NCBI GenBank assembly: GCA_964369915.1 | Contig: CAYJGG010000003.1 | Coordinates: 1,804 to 65,803, forward strand | Origin: an uncultured Oscillospiraceae bacterium | GTDB taxonomy: Bacteria > Bacillota > Clostridia > Oscillospirales > Ruminococcaceae | Direction of reading: 5' to 3' | DNA length: 64,000 nucleotides | Part shown: positions 41,701 through 49,777 of the stretch, piece after piece | Position numbering within the stretch: position 1 is the first letter of the stretch | Layout of the letters: each line of letters opens with the position of its first letter | Notes under the pieces: model-generated | Database searches by the model: none | What the model was told of the DNA's origin: nothing | The model's input: the letters and a program-made list of their open reading frames with translations, nothing else | Position numbers and translations under genes: made by a program

Positions 41701-42157
41701 TATAATCATCAGCATTTAATAATCTTGGTATTTCCCCTGCAAGGCAAGCAGAAAGACAAACTAAGCCTTCACTATATTGTTTTAAAACTTCTTTATCTAT
41801 TCTTGGTTTTGAATAAAATCCTTCTATAAAACCTATTGATACAAGTTTTGATAAGTTTTTATATCCTATTTCATTTTTACATAATAAAACAAGGTGGTAG
41901 TTTCCATCCACCTTATGCACTTTTTCATCTCTTTTTCTATTAGCAATATAAACTTCACAGCCTATAATAGGTTTAATACCTTCTTGTTTTGCTTTTTTAT
42001 AAAAATCAACACAACCAAACATAACACCGTGGTCAGTTATAGCAACAGCTGGCTGATTTAATTCTTTCACGTGATTTATCAATCTATCTATACGACAAGC
42101 ACCGTCTAATAAGCTATATTCTGTATGTAGATGTAAATGCACAAAATTTCTTTCCAT
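38705..42157 (-). CDS. dnaE: DNA polymerase III alpha subunit DnaE
   Basis: 1150 aa. N-terminal PHP domain (HLHLHTEYSLLDG), polymerase core, C-terminal OB fold. Confidence 0.96.
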   Translation of the reverse strand: MERNFVHLHLHTEYSLLDGACRIDRLINHVKELNQPAVAITDHGVMFGCVDFYKKAKQEGIKPIIGCEVYIANRKRDEKVHKVDGNYHLVLLCKNEIGYKNLSKLVSIGFIEGFYSKPRIDKEVLKQYSEGLVCLSACLAGEIPRLLNADDYTRAKEAAQWYKDVFGDDYYIEIQDHGIADQQKVLPKLITLANELNIKLIATNDCHYINKEDSKMQYALICVQTNKTLSDTDTLEFETDEFYVKSTNEMYDLFSYIPDACSNTLEVMEKCNFDYEFGVTKLPKYTTPDGSDNYDFFVKLCYDGLKERYPEITKELTDRLEYEIGIISKMGFVDYYLIVYDFINFAKTNNIPVGPGRGSGAGSLTAYCSGITNVDPIKYNLLFERFLNPDRISMPDFDIDFCYERRGEVIDYVVRKYGEDHVAQIITFGTLAARAAIRDIGRVMDIPYSTVDRVAKLIPGEANFKMSIERALKISNELRQAYNENPQIKELVDLAIKVEGMPRHASTHAAGVVITDKPCDNYVPLQSNDGQIVTQFPMTTIEELGLLKMDFLGLRTLTVIRHCEEMIKKHNKDFDIDKISLEDKKVFEMLSLGETSGVFQFESAGMTNALVGLKPIDLEDLIAVISLYRPGPMDSIPKFIENRHHPQKISYKDKSLENILNVTNGCIVYQEQVMQIFRELAGYSYGQADLVRRAMSKKKADVMEKERTHFLEGCAANGINKNAANAIFEEMLSFASYAFNKSHAAAYAILAYQTAYLKAHYPKEFLASMLTSIFENSNKILEYTQECKRLDIKILPPDIQKSYSGFTVEGDNIRYGLSAIKNVGRQFVESLVKEREENGGYKGLFDLTKRLAGKDYSKRAAESLIKVGAFDSFNFKRRQLYNAIEMVLKSVNQDMKANMEGQIDFFSISDEAKESKYHQKDDYNYPDCQEFTDNEILNFEKTLAGIYISGHPLEKYIDYSKSISTCNISTLTGEGNEVYDNSVQTIVAIITKTRYHTTKKNEIMGFITVEDLSGSLEVIAFPKILERQNIHLAENVVIIIKGRVSLKEDETVILAEEIINVDSEKAENLKKQHQNSKFGIYLRIESKTSFEFEKTKVYLESLKGSIPVYLYFKDTKEYLKAPERMWGFDDFSTLNQLKFILGDENVVYKE

Positions 42158-42193
42158 TAAATATTAATACCTTTCTATTTCTTTTGCCTAATT

Positions 42194-43033
42194 TTATTCA
42201 TCGTTTGCTAATTTTAATAATTTTTGCATTCTTCTATTAACAGATGCCTTGCTTAAAATAGGCTCTGCTATATTTCCAAGTTCAGTTAAAGATAATTCTG
42301 GATTTTCCATTTTTAATTCTGCTATATATTTTAAATCTTCGCTTAAAGACACAAATTTATTTTCTAAGATTAATTTATTTATAGCATTTGTGTATTTTTC
42401 ATTTGCAGCCATTATTTTATCATAATTTGCCACATCACAATTCGCTATTCTATTAGCTTTATTACTAATATCACGCATAACTTTGCCTGACATTATTTCA
42501 AGACAAGCATTTTGAGCACCAACTAAGGCTAAAATCTCTTCTATAACTTCACTTTGCTTTGAATAAACTATATAATTTTTATTTCTATTAGAAATTTTTG
42601 TTTCTAAATCAAACTGCAAAATTTTTTCTACTATGTATTCTGCTTTTCTTTTTTCTTTTAAAGAAAATTCTAAGCTGTATCCTTTACTAGGACTCGTTAA
42701 AATTGCTTTTGTTATAAAAAATCCTATTAAAAAATGTTGCTCGCATTTTGGGCAAGTTTCATTTTTTTTAAATAAAGATGATAATTCATCATAATTATAA
42801 ATTTCTAAGATATATCCTAAGTTTGTGTTTAAAATTTCTGAATGAATATCATATCTTTTTAATAGTTTTCTTATAGATTTTAATATTTTTTCCAAATCTT
42901 GGCTTATTAAATTTTCATCAAACGAAAAGCATGTCCCTTTTAAAAAGTTTATATTACAACAATCATTTTTTGAAAATTTAAAGTTATCTAAAGATTCTAG
43001 TCTTGCCTCTTTAGAAAAACTCAATTTATCCAT
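42194..43033 (-). CDS. whiA: DNA-binding sporulation/cell-division regulator WhiA
   Basis: 279 aa. Degenerate LAGLIDADG-like body and a C-terminal HTH (SKASVNRRMQKL). Start overlaps the rapZ stop (TAATG). Confidence 0.85.
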   Translation of the reverse strand: MDKLSFSKEARLESLDNFKFSKNDCCNINFLKGTCFSFDENLISQDLEKILKSIRKLLKRYDIHSEILNTNLGYILEIYNYDELSSLFKKNETCPKCEQHFLIGFFITKAILTSPSKGYSLEFSLKEKRKAEYIVEKILQFDLETKISNRNKNYIVYSKQSEVIEEILALVGAQNACLEIMSGKVMRDISNKANRIANCDVANYDKIMAANEKYTNAINKLILENKFVSLSEDLKYIAELKMENPELSLTELGNIAEPILSKASVNRRMQKLLKLANDE

Positions 43034-43899
43034 TATTTTCTCCTAAATTCATCTCTGTGATATTTTTTAACTTGATATCCTTCTTTATTTAAATCATCAA
43101 ATAATTTATTTGCAAAAGTTATCGAGCGATGTTTTCCACCTGTACAGCCAAAAGCTATTGTTAAAGTTGTTTCGCCTTCTTTTGTGTATAAAGGCAGAGC
43201 TGTATTAAGTAAATCTTTTTGATTTTTATATAAAGCTCTTGCTTCTTCGAACGATAAAACATACTCACTCACTTTTTCATCATTACCAGTTAATTCGCGC
43301 AGTTCTTTTATGTAAAATGGATTTAAAAGACACCTTACATCAAAAAGCATATCTATATCACTAGGTATGCCAAATTTAAAACCAAATGATACAACATTAA
43401 TAGTTAATATTTTCTTTTCATCATTTACTACATAGGATAATAATCTATCTTTTAATTGAAAGGTTGATAGTAAAGAAGTATCAATAACAAAATCTGAAAT
43501 TGTAAATAATGGCCTTAATATATCTTTTTCATAGGCTACTGCCTTTTCTAGTGAAAAATCTTTTCTGTGCATTAATGGATGTTTTCTTCTTGTTTCTTTA
43601 TATCGATTAATTAAAACACCGCTAGTTGAATCAAGATAAACAATTCTTGCCTTTTTTTCTTTTTGCAAAGGTGCTATTGCATCAATTAAAACATAAAAAT
43701 CTTCACCGTTTCTAATATCAACTACGCACGCAATTTTATCAACATCTGGAAGTATTTCTTCTTTATTTTCTATAAGGTTTAATATTAATGGAGTTGGCAT
43801 ATTATCAATACAAAAATATCCAACATCTTCTAAGGATTTTAAAGCTAAAGTTTTTCCTGAGCCTGATACCCCTGTTATAATAACAAAATTACGTTCCAT
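43033..43899 (-). CDS. rapZ: RNase adapter / nucleotide-binding protein RapZ (YvcJ)
   Basis: 288 aa. Walker A GVSGSGKT and the C-terminal CTGGKHRS motif. Confidence 0.92.
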   Translation of the reverse strand: MERNFVIITGVSGSGKTLALKSLEDVGYFCIDNMPTPLILNLIENKEEILPDVDKIACVVDIRNGEDFYVLIDAIAPLQKEKKARIVYLDSTSGVLINRYKETRRKHPLMHRKDFSLEKAVAYEKDILRPLFTISDFVIDTSLLSTFQLKDRLLSYVVNDEKKILTINVVSFGFKFGIPSDIDMLFDVRCLLNPFYIKELRELTGNDEKVSEYVLSFEEARALYKNQKDLLNTALPLYTKEGETTLTIAFGCTGGKHRSITFANKLFDDLNKEGYQVKKYHRDEFRRK

Positions 43900-43928
43900 C
43901 TTTTTAATCCTCTCTTTACAATAAAATT

Positions 43929-44813
43929 TTAAACTATTATCATTTCTTTTTCTATTCTAACATTCTTTTTTTCAAAAACAATTTCTTCAACCTTTTCAGC
44001 TAATGAAACTATATCATTGCAAGAAGCATTATCAACATTCACTATAAACCCAGCATGTTTTTCGCTTACCATTGCTCCTCCAACTCGCATACCTTTCAGT
44101 CCGCATTCATCTATTAATGCCGCTGCAAAATATCCTTGTGGTCTTTTAAAGCTACTGCCAGCACTAGGTAAATCTAGTGGCTGTTTATCAGCTCTTTTAT
44201 TCATAATTTCTTTCATAAAATCAAGCATTTTATTACTATCAGCATAGTTTAATTTAAAATATGCTTTTGTGATAAATAATTTTCTTTCTTGAAAAATTGA
44301 ATGTCTATAAGAAAAGTTTGCATCTTTTTTATAAATAGTTATTTCTTCTCCATTTTCATCAATGCAATCAACTTTTACTAAATTATCAGAAATCTCGCCA
44401 CCATAAGCCCCTGCATTCATATAAACAGAACCGCCTATATTCCCTGGAATTCCATAGCAAAATTCAAGTCCTGATAAGGAATTTTCTTGCAAAAGTTTTG
44501 CAAAGGAAGTTAAAATATATCCACTTTCAACTTCCACTATATCTTTATTTATTAAAACTTTGTTTAATAAATTAGATTTAATAATTACCCCTTTATATCC
44601 TTCATCTTTAAATATTACATTAGAGCCTTTTCCAAGATAATAATAATTTATATTATTCTCATTAAAAAATTTAATCGCTTTTTTAATTTTATCAATGTTT
44701 TCTGGATATATAATAAAATCTGCATTCCCACCAACTTTAAATGTGGTGTGTTTTTTCATGCTTTCATTTTCTTGAAACTGAATTTCATTATTAATAAAAA
44801 ATTCTTTTAACAT
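43929..44813 (-). CDS. murB: UDP-N-acetylenolpyruvoylglucosamine reductase
   Basis: FAD-binding PCMH domain (HTTFKVGGNADF) with the catalytic SAGSSFK region. I prefer the ATG at 44813 (GGAGA upstream) over the TTG at 44846 used by the ORF track. Confidence 0.92.
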   Translation of the reverse strand: MLKEFFINNEIQFQENESMKKHTTFKVGGNADFIIYPENIDKIKKAIKFFNENNINYYYLGKGSNVIFKDEGYKGVIIKSNLLNKVLINKDIVEVESGYILTSFAKLLQENSLSGLEFCYGIPGNIGGSVYMNAGAYGGEISDNLVKVDCIDENGEEITIYKKDANFSYRHSIFQERKLFITKAYFKLNYADSNKMLDFMKEIMNKRADKQPLDLPSAGSSFKRPQGYFAAALIDECGLKGMRVGGAMVSEKHAGFIVNVDNASCNDIVSLAEKVEEIVFEKKNVRIEKEMIIV

Positions 44814-44827
44814 ACTATCTCCAATTA

Positions 44828-45559
44828 TTATTTTAAGTATTCGCAAATATCTTTTTTTCTTGAAATTAAATGATTTTTTAAATTTTCATAGCTGTAATTT
44901 ATTATTAAATCAGTTGGAAAATCTATTTCTTTTAGCATTGGAAAAATTATATCAACTATCCCTAATGTGTACATAGAATGAGCATCAGAATTAATTGCTA
45001 TTTTGCAGTTATATTTTTTGCAAGCAAGTGCAATATCTTTCATATTCTTAACGCCATTTTTTCTAACTAAATAGCTATTAGCATTCATTTCAACAACTTT
45101 ATTATTCTCAGCAAACGCTTTTACTACAGTATCAATATCAAATTCATGTATTGCCTGTTCGCAGTGGCCTATCATATCAACATGTGGATTTTTTGCAATA
45201 TTCAGCCATGTTTTAGTTGCCTCTTCTTTTGTTAATATAGGTAAGTGCTCTTTATGAATAGAGGCTATAAGCCAATCTAGTTTACTTAAATACATATCTT
45301 TTATATCAATATCGCCATTAGTATTATATACATTTGCCTCAGCTCCAAAAAACACAATAACACCATCTATAATTTTAGGTATGTGCATCGGATTAAAAAA
45401 ATGCCAATCGCTTTTTGAATCTGGCATCATCGGGCCGTGGTCGGTTATTGCTATTGCTTTTAGTCCTTTTTCTTTTGCTGATGTAACCATTTCGTGTAGT
45501 GTACTGTAAGCATGGTCTGAAAAAAGTGTGTGAGTGTGTAAATCAGCAATTATTCTCAT
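44828..45559 (-). CDS. PHP-domain metal-dependent phosphoesterase (YcdX-like)
   Basis: 243 aa. PHP motifs DLHTHTLFSDH, ITDHGP and further His/Asp ligands. Lies 21 nt downstream of hprK. Confidence 0.8.
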   Translation of the reverse strand: MRIIADLHTHTLFSDHAYSTLHEMVTSAKEKGLKAIAITDHGPMMPDSKSDWHFFNPMHIPKIIDGVIVFFGAEANVYNTNGDIDIKDMYLSKLDWLIASIHKEHLPILTKEEATKTWLNIAKNPHVDMIGHCEQAIHEFDIDTVVKAFAENNKVVEMNANSYLVRKNGVKNMKDIALACKKYNCKIAINSDAHSMYTLGIVDIIFPMLKEIDFPTDLIINYSYENLKNHLISRKKDICEYLK

Positions 45560-45580
45560 TATATCTATCTCATTTCTTAA

Positions 45581-46498
45581 TTATTCTTCTATTCCTAATT
45601 TTTCAAACAATTCTTTTGTTGGATGATATCCCATTTTCTTTTGTCTGTTATTTAAAGCTGCTGTTTCAATTATAATAGATAAGTTTCTACCTGGTCTTAC
45701 AGGTATAGTTGTTTTTACAATACTATTACCTAAAATATCCATGTATTCATCGTGTAACCCTATTGTTGAGTAACTTTTTTCTGGATTCCAGTTTTCTAAT
45801 AGTATTATCATATTAATCTCTTGCGACTCTTTAACAGCACCTGAACCGTAAGCTCTTGCTATATTTATTATTCCAACGCCACGAAGCTCAATAAAATGCT
45901 GAATATTTGATGGTGATTGCCCTAAAAGGACTCTATCTGATATTCTTCTAATTTCAACAGCATCATCAGCAATTAGTCGATGTCCACGCTTAACAAGCTC
46001 AATAGCAGCCTCGCTTTTACCAACGCCACTATCGCCCATTATTAATATACCCTCACCATAAACTTCAACTAAAACGCCATGTCTTGTAACTCTTTTTGCA
46101 AGTTCATTATTTAAAAAAGTTATAGCAGCGGCCATAAAGTTTGAAGTTGCTTCTGTTGTTCTTAATAGTGGTATGTTATGTTTTTTTGCCATTTCAACTA
46201 TTTGGCTAGAAATAAGCATATTCCTAGTTATAACAACAGCAGGCACATTTGCAGAAAACAATGTTTCTAATCTTTTTATTTTATCTGCAGTAGGCAAATT
46301 ATCTAAATAACTCATTTCCATTCTTCCTAGAATTTGAATTCTAGTTGGATCAAAATATTCAAAATGTCCTGTTAATAATAGCCCCGGACGATTAACCTCA
46401 AGACTTGTTATTTTAATTTCGTTTAAACTGCTTGGAACTGACAACACTTCTACATGAAGCTCATTTACAAATTTTTCTAATGTTACAAAATAACTCAT
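45581..46498 (-). CDS. hprK: HPr(Ser) kinase/phosphorylase
   Basis: 305 aa. P-loop GDSGVGKSE and the conserved LIADD / ELRGVGI region. Confidence 0.95.
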   Translation of the reverse strand: MSYFVTLEKFVNELHVEVLSVPSSLNEIKITSLEVNRPGLLLTGHFEYFDPTRIQILGRMEMSYLDNLPTADKIKRLETLFSANVPAVVITRNMLISSQIVEMAKKHNIPLLRTTEATSNFMAAAITFLNNELAKRVTRHGVLVEVYGEGILIMGDSGVGKSEAAIELVKRGHRLIADDAVEIRRISDRVLLGQSPSNIQHFIELRGVGIINIARAYGSGAVKESQEINMIILLENWNPEKSYSTIGLHDEYMDILGNSIVKTTIPVRPGRNLSIIIETAALNNRQKKMGYHPTKELFEKLGIEE

Positions 46499-46566
46499 AT
46501 ACTAAAATCTCCTTTTATATTTTATCTTTATATATTAATAATAATTAAATATTCCTCTTACTATAT

Positions 46567-46595
46567 ATAATACTAAAATTTTAAGCTAAAAACAA
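46567..46595 (-). promoter_or_regulatory. Candidate sigmaA promoter of hprK
   Basis: Minus strand: TTGTTT (46590..46595), 17 nt, TATTAT (46567..46572). Confidence 0.4.
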
Positions 46596-46620
46596 CACAT
46601 TTACACTAGTTTTTTTATTA

Positions 46621-46649
46621 TTGTTTAATTTTACATATTATGATATAAT
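46621..46649 (+). promoter_or_regulatory. Candidate sigmaA promoter of the GT4 glycosyltransferase gene
   Basis: Plus strand: TTGTTT (46621..46626), 17 nt, extended -10 TGATATAAT with hexamer at 46644..46649. Confidence 0.5.
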
Positions 46650-46721
46650 AAATTTTGCATTAAACATAACTAAATTACAATAATCTAATTTTTTAGATTT
46701 TAATAAAGGAGATCTTATTTT

Positions 46722-47909
46722 ATGAAAATAGCAATTTTCACTGAAACTTATTTTCCGTTTATTAGCGGTGTAGTAACTCATATAAAAACTTTAAAAGACG
46801 GACTTGAAGAAAATGGACATTCTGTTTTAATAATCACTGCTGATCCTTCTGCAAAAGTGCATTATCAAAAAGACGGAGTTTTATATTGCCCAGCTGCTAA
46901 AATGAAAAAACTATATGGATATGGTTTATCAACACCTGTTAGTATAAAAAGATTAAGTTATATAAAAGATTTTGATCCTGATATAATTCATATTCACACA
47001 GAGTTTAGCATTGGTATGTTTGGGATTTTTGTAGCAAAACAATTAAAAAAACCTTTAGTATACACTTTCCATACTATGTATGATGATTATATTCATTATC
47101 TATTTCCAAAAAGATTAGATAGCGTTTCAAAAATGGCTTCTCATGCTTATTTTAGAAATATAGCTAATAGCGCAACCCAAATAACTGGCCCTTCTTATAA
47201 GGTTGCAGAGTTTTTAAAAGGCTGTGGCGTTAAAAAGAATGTTCACGTTATCGGCAATGCTCCTGATTTAAATTTATTTTCCGAAAAAAATCTTGATAAA
47301 GAAAAATTGAAAGAGATAAAAGATAAATATAATATCACAAATGATACTACAACTCTTTGCTTCGTTGGACGTTTAGGAAAAGAAAAATCAATTGATGAAT
47401 TAATTAATTTATTTTACTCTCATGCAAAAAATAATAAAAACTATCGCTTAATTATTATAGGCGATGGCCCTCAAGGAAAAGAATTAAAAGAGCTTGTTAA
47501 AAAACTAGATATGAAAAATCAAATTTTCTTTACTGGAAAACTAAATCATAACGAAATTTCTCCTTATTACTATGCAAGCGATTTATACGCAACTGCTTCA
47601 ACAACAGAAACAAATTCAATTTCAGCTCTTGAAGCTATGAACTGTGGATTATTAGTTTTACAAAAATTAGATATAGTTAATAAAAATCAAATTAGCGAAG
47701 GTGAAAACGGATATATATTTACAAATGAAGCAGATTTTGTTAGTATACTAGAAAATTATGATAAAAAAACAAAAAAAGAAAAAGAAAATATGCGAAAAAT
47801 TGTAACTGAAATTGGAAAATCTTATGGCTCAGGTGAATTTTATAAAAAGATTTTTCATGTTTATGAAATTGCAGTTCATAAATACAATTCAAAAAGAAAA
47901 AATAAATAA
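46722..47909 (+). CDS. GT4-family (GT-B) glycosyltransferase, glycolipid-synthase-like
   Basis: 395 aa. The N-terminus MKIAIFTETYFPFISGVVTHIKTL resembles monoglucosyl-diacylglycerol synthase-type GT4 enzymes. Good SD (AAAGGAGA). Specificity is not inferable. Confidence 0.82.
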   Translation: MKIAIFTETYFPFISGVVTHIKTLKDGLEENGHSVLIITADPSAKVHYQKDGVLYCPAAKMKKLYGYGLSTPVSIKRLSYIKDFDPDIIHIHTEFSIGMFGIFVAKQLKKPLVYTFHTMYDDYIHYLFPKRLDSVSKMASHAYFRNIANSATQITGPSYKVAEFLKGCGVKKNVHVIGNAPDLNLFSEKNLDKEKLKEIKDKYNITNDTTTLCFVGRLGKEKSIDELINLFYSHAKNNKNYRLIIIGDGPQGKELKELVKKLDMKNQIFFTGKLNHNEISPYYYASDLYATASTTETNSISALEAMNCGLLVLQKLDIVNKNQISEGENGYIFTNEADFVSILENYDKKTKKEKENMRKIVTEIGKSYGSGEFYKKIFHVYEIAVHKYNSKRKNK

Positions 47910-47913
47910 AAAA

Positions 47914-47937
47914 AAAGAATAGCACTAGCTATTCTTT
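47914..47937. terminator. Bidirectional intrinsic terminator shared by the convergent GT4 and gerAC-like genes
   Basis: AAAGAATAGC-acta-GCTATTCTTT hairpin flanked by an A-run on one side and a T-run on the other. Confidence 0.75.
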
Positions 47938-47943
47938 TTTTGT

Positions 47944-48843
47944 TTAATTATCTGATATTTTCTTCACTTCAACTTTTATATCTTCTATTTCCTCGTTATA
48001 CTGAATCTCAACCCAATCTAATTTTAAAGCATTTCTTACAACTTGATCATTATATAAATCATAAACTTTAGCTTGTATATCATACAAAAGTTTAGTATCA
48101 AAAGCATCTTTTGATACTATTGTATCTGATGCTCCATTTCTTGAATTTATATGAACATACACATTAATATATAAAATATTATCCTTCATATGAAAATTTG
48201 CAAAACTATTATTAATATTAGCATTATATAAAGAATTTTCAAAATTATAATTAAAATCTTTATTAGCAGCAAGTAAGGTTAACGCTATATTTAATTCTTC
48301 ATTTGAAAGATATGATAAATTCCCTTCATTATTAATGATAATAGCCGAACTTACATATAAATCCTCATTTAAAACAGGCAACACTAAATTTAATGTATCT
48401 CTTCCTTTTGTAACAGAATATATTGGAGTTATCTGTGTGTTTTTAGATTTTATATCGGTAAAATTTTCTTGATTTATATAGTCTGATAAAACTAAATTTG
48501 CATCTGAATTTATTGAAAATTCTTCTAGTGCATTAAAAATTAAATTCACTTTTTTTTCATTTATAATACTAGAATTTAAAAATATATAATCGCATACAGA
48601 TAAATTTAAATTGTATTTGTTTTTTGCAGAAATAAAAGCCTTGCTATAGCTTGAATCTGAAAAAGTATAGGTTTTATAGCTTTCTTCATTTTTTGAAAAA
48701 TCATATGCTATTAATTCGATTTTATACTTTTCATCTTCAATAGAAAAATTAATAGCCTTAACCATCACCTCTTCTTCTTTTTTTGAGCAAGAAGTGAATA
48801 TACACATTAAAACTAAAATAACTATTATTTTTTTAATTTTCAT
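47944..48843 (-). CDS. Putative germinant receptor C subunit (GerAC-like lipoprotein), divergent and short
   Basis: 299 aa with a lipobox (LMCIFTSC). Third gene of the gerA-type operon, overlapping the B-like gene by 11 nt. Assigned mainly by position. Confidence 0.55.
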   Translation of the reverse strand: MKIKKIIVILVLMCIFTSCSKKEEEVMVKAINFSIEDEKYKIELIAYDFSKNEESYKTYTFSDSSYSKAFISAKNKYNLNLSVCDYIFLNSSIINEKKVNLIFNALEEFSINSDANLVLSDYINQENFTDIKSKNTQITPIYSVTKGRDTLNLVLPVLNEDLYVSSAIIINNEGNLSYLSNEELNIALTLLAANKDFNYNFENSLYNANINNSFANFHMKDNILYINVYVHINSRNGASDTIVSKDAFDTKLLYDIQAKVYDLYNDQVVRNALKLDWVEIQYNEEIEDIKVEVKKISDN

Positions 48844-49777
48844 TTTTCCTTCTCTCCCAAACTACATTTAGATTTATAAAAAATATAATTACTAATGCTA
48901 AATAAAAATTAGAAATTATACTAGTGAAATAACTAATTAAGAAAGCTAATATAAATAAAATAAATAAATATCTCTTTTTTATATACTCATTATTATTTCT
49001 TATTTTATTTATAACAGCTATATTTAATAGAAAAACTGAAAACATACATATAATTAAAAACAAAGTGAATAAATAATCAAATCTTTGTATTGTTATTCCT
49101 TTAGAAATAGAGAAAAGCGAGTGTAAAGGTGATAAGCTATACAGTGAATTCCCCCTTATAGAGAATCCTCTAAAAACACTGATAAACATTAATAAAATCC
49201 CATTAGTAATTATAAATTTATATATCTTAGATTTATTAGTTTTCTTCTCTTTTTCTAGTAAACATAAAGGAATAACCCAATCATACACTTTTATAATATT
49301 AATATTTAATAATACTATTTTCTCTTGAACATATATATTAACAGCTTGTATCTTATTAAAATTTATTAAAAAAACAATTAATAACATTAAAACAGTTATA
49401 AATAAAATAATTGGAGAAATTCTTTCAAAACTTTCTTTATGAAATTTTAATAAATATAAAATTACACCTATACTTAAAATTGCAATTCCAAAAAAAGAAT
49501 TCACCGAATGCATTTCATCAACATATGTTGAAAATCTATTTATATACCTTATTATGATGCAAAAAATATAAATGATAATTATAAAATTCATTATTTTAAA
49601 GTCTGTTTTTCTTTTTAAAATTATCATTGCTACAAATAAACTTAAAACACTACTTATTGCAATACTAATTATCCATTCAAAAGTGTAAACTTCATTATTT
49701 AATAGCGTTGTAGCAAAATCAAAGATTGAAAAGGAAAAGCTAAGGTACAATAAAAAATTATAATTTGTTTTAATCAT
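48833..49777 (-). CDS. Putative germinant receptor B subunit (GerAB-like polytopic membrane protein), divergent and short
   Basis: 314 aa. I count about 9 hydrophobic segments. Overlaps gerAA by 8 nt. Assigned mainly by position. Confidence 0.55.
   Translation of the reverse strand: MIKTNYNFLLYLSFSFSIFDFATTLLNNEVYTFEWIISIAISSVLSLFVAMIILKRKTDFKIMNFIIIIYIFCIIIRYINRFSTYVDEMHSVNSFFGIAILSIGVILYLLKFHKESFERISPIILFITVLMLLIVFLINFNKIQAVNIYVQEKIVLLNINIIKVYDWVIPLCLLEKEKKTNKSKIYKFIITNGILLMFISVFRGFSIRGNSLYSLSPLHSLFSISKGITIQRFDYLFTLFLIICMFSVFLLNIAVINKIRNNNEYIKKRYLFILFILAFLISYFTSIISNFYLALVIIFFINLNVVWERRKNEN

Noticed and set aside
44814-44846. N-terminal extensions proposed by the ORF track for murB (TTG at 44846), and similarly for dxr (61680..61724) and dxs (14591..14608)
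   Set aside because: The extensions overlap upstream genes and lack an SD. The internal ATGs are preceded by GGAGA-type SDs (murB, dxs) or start right at the conserved N-terminal motif (dxr GSTGSIGTQ).
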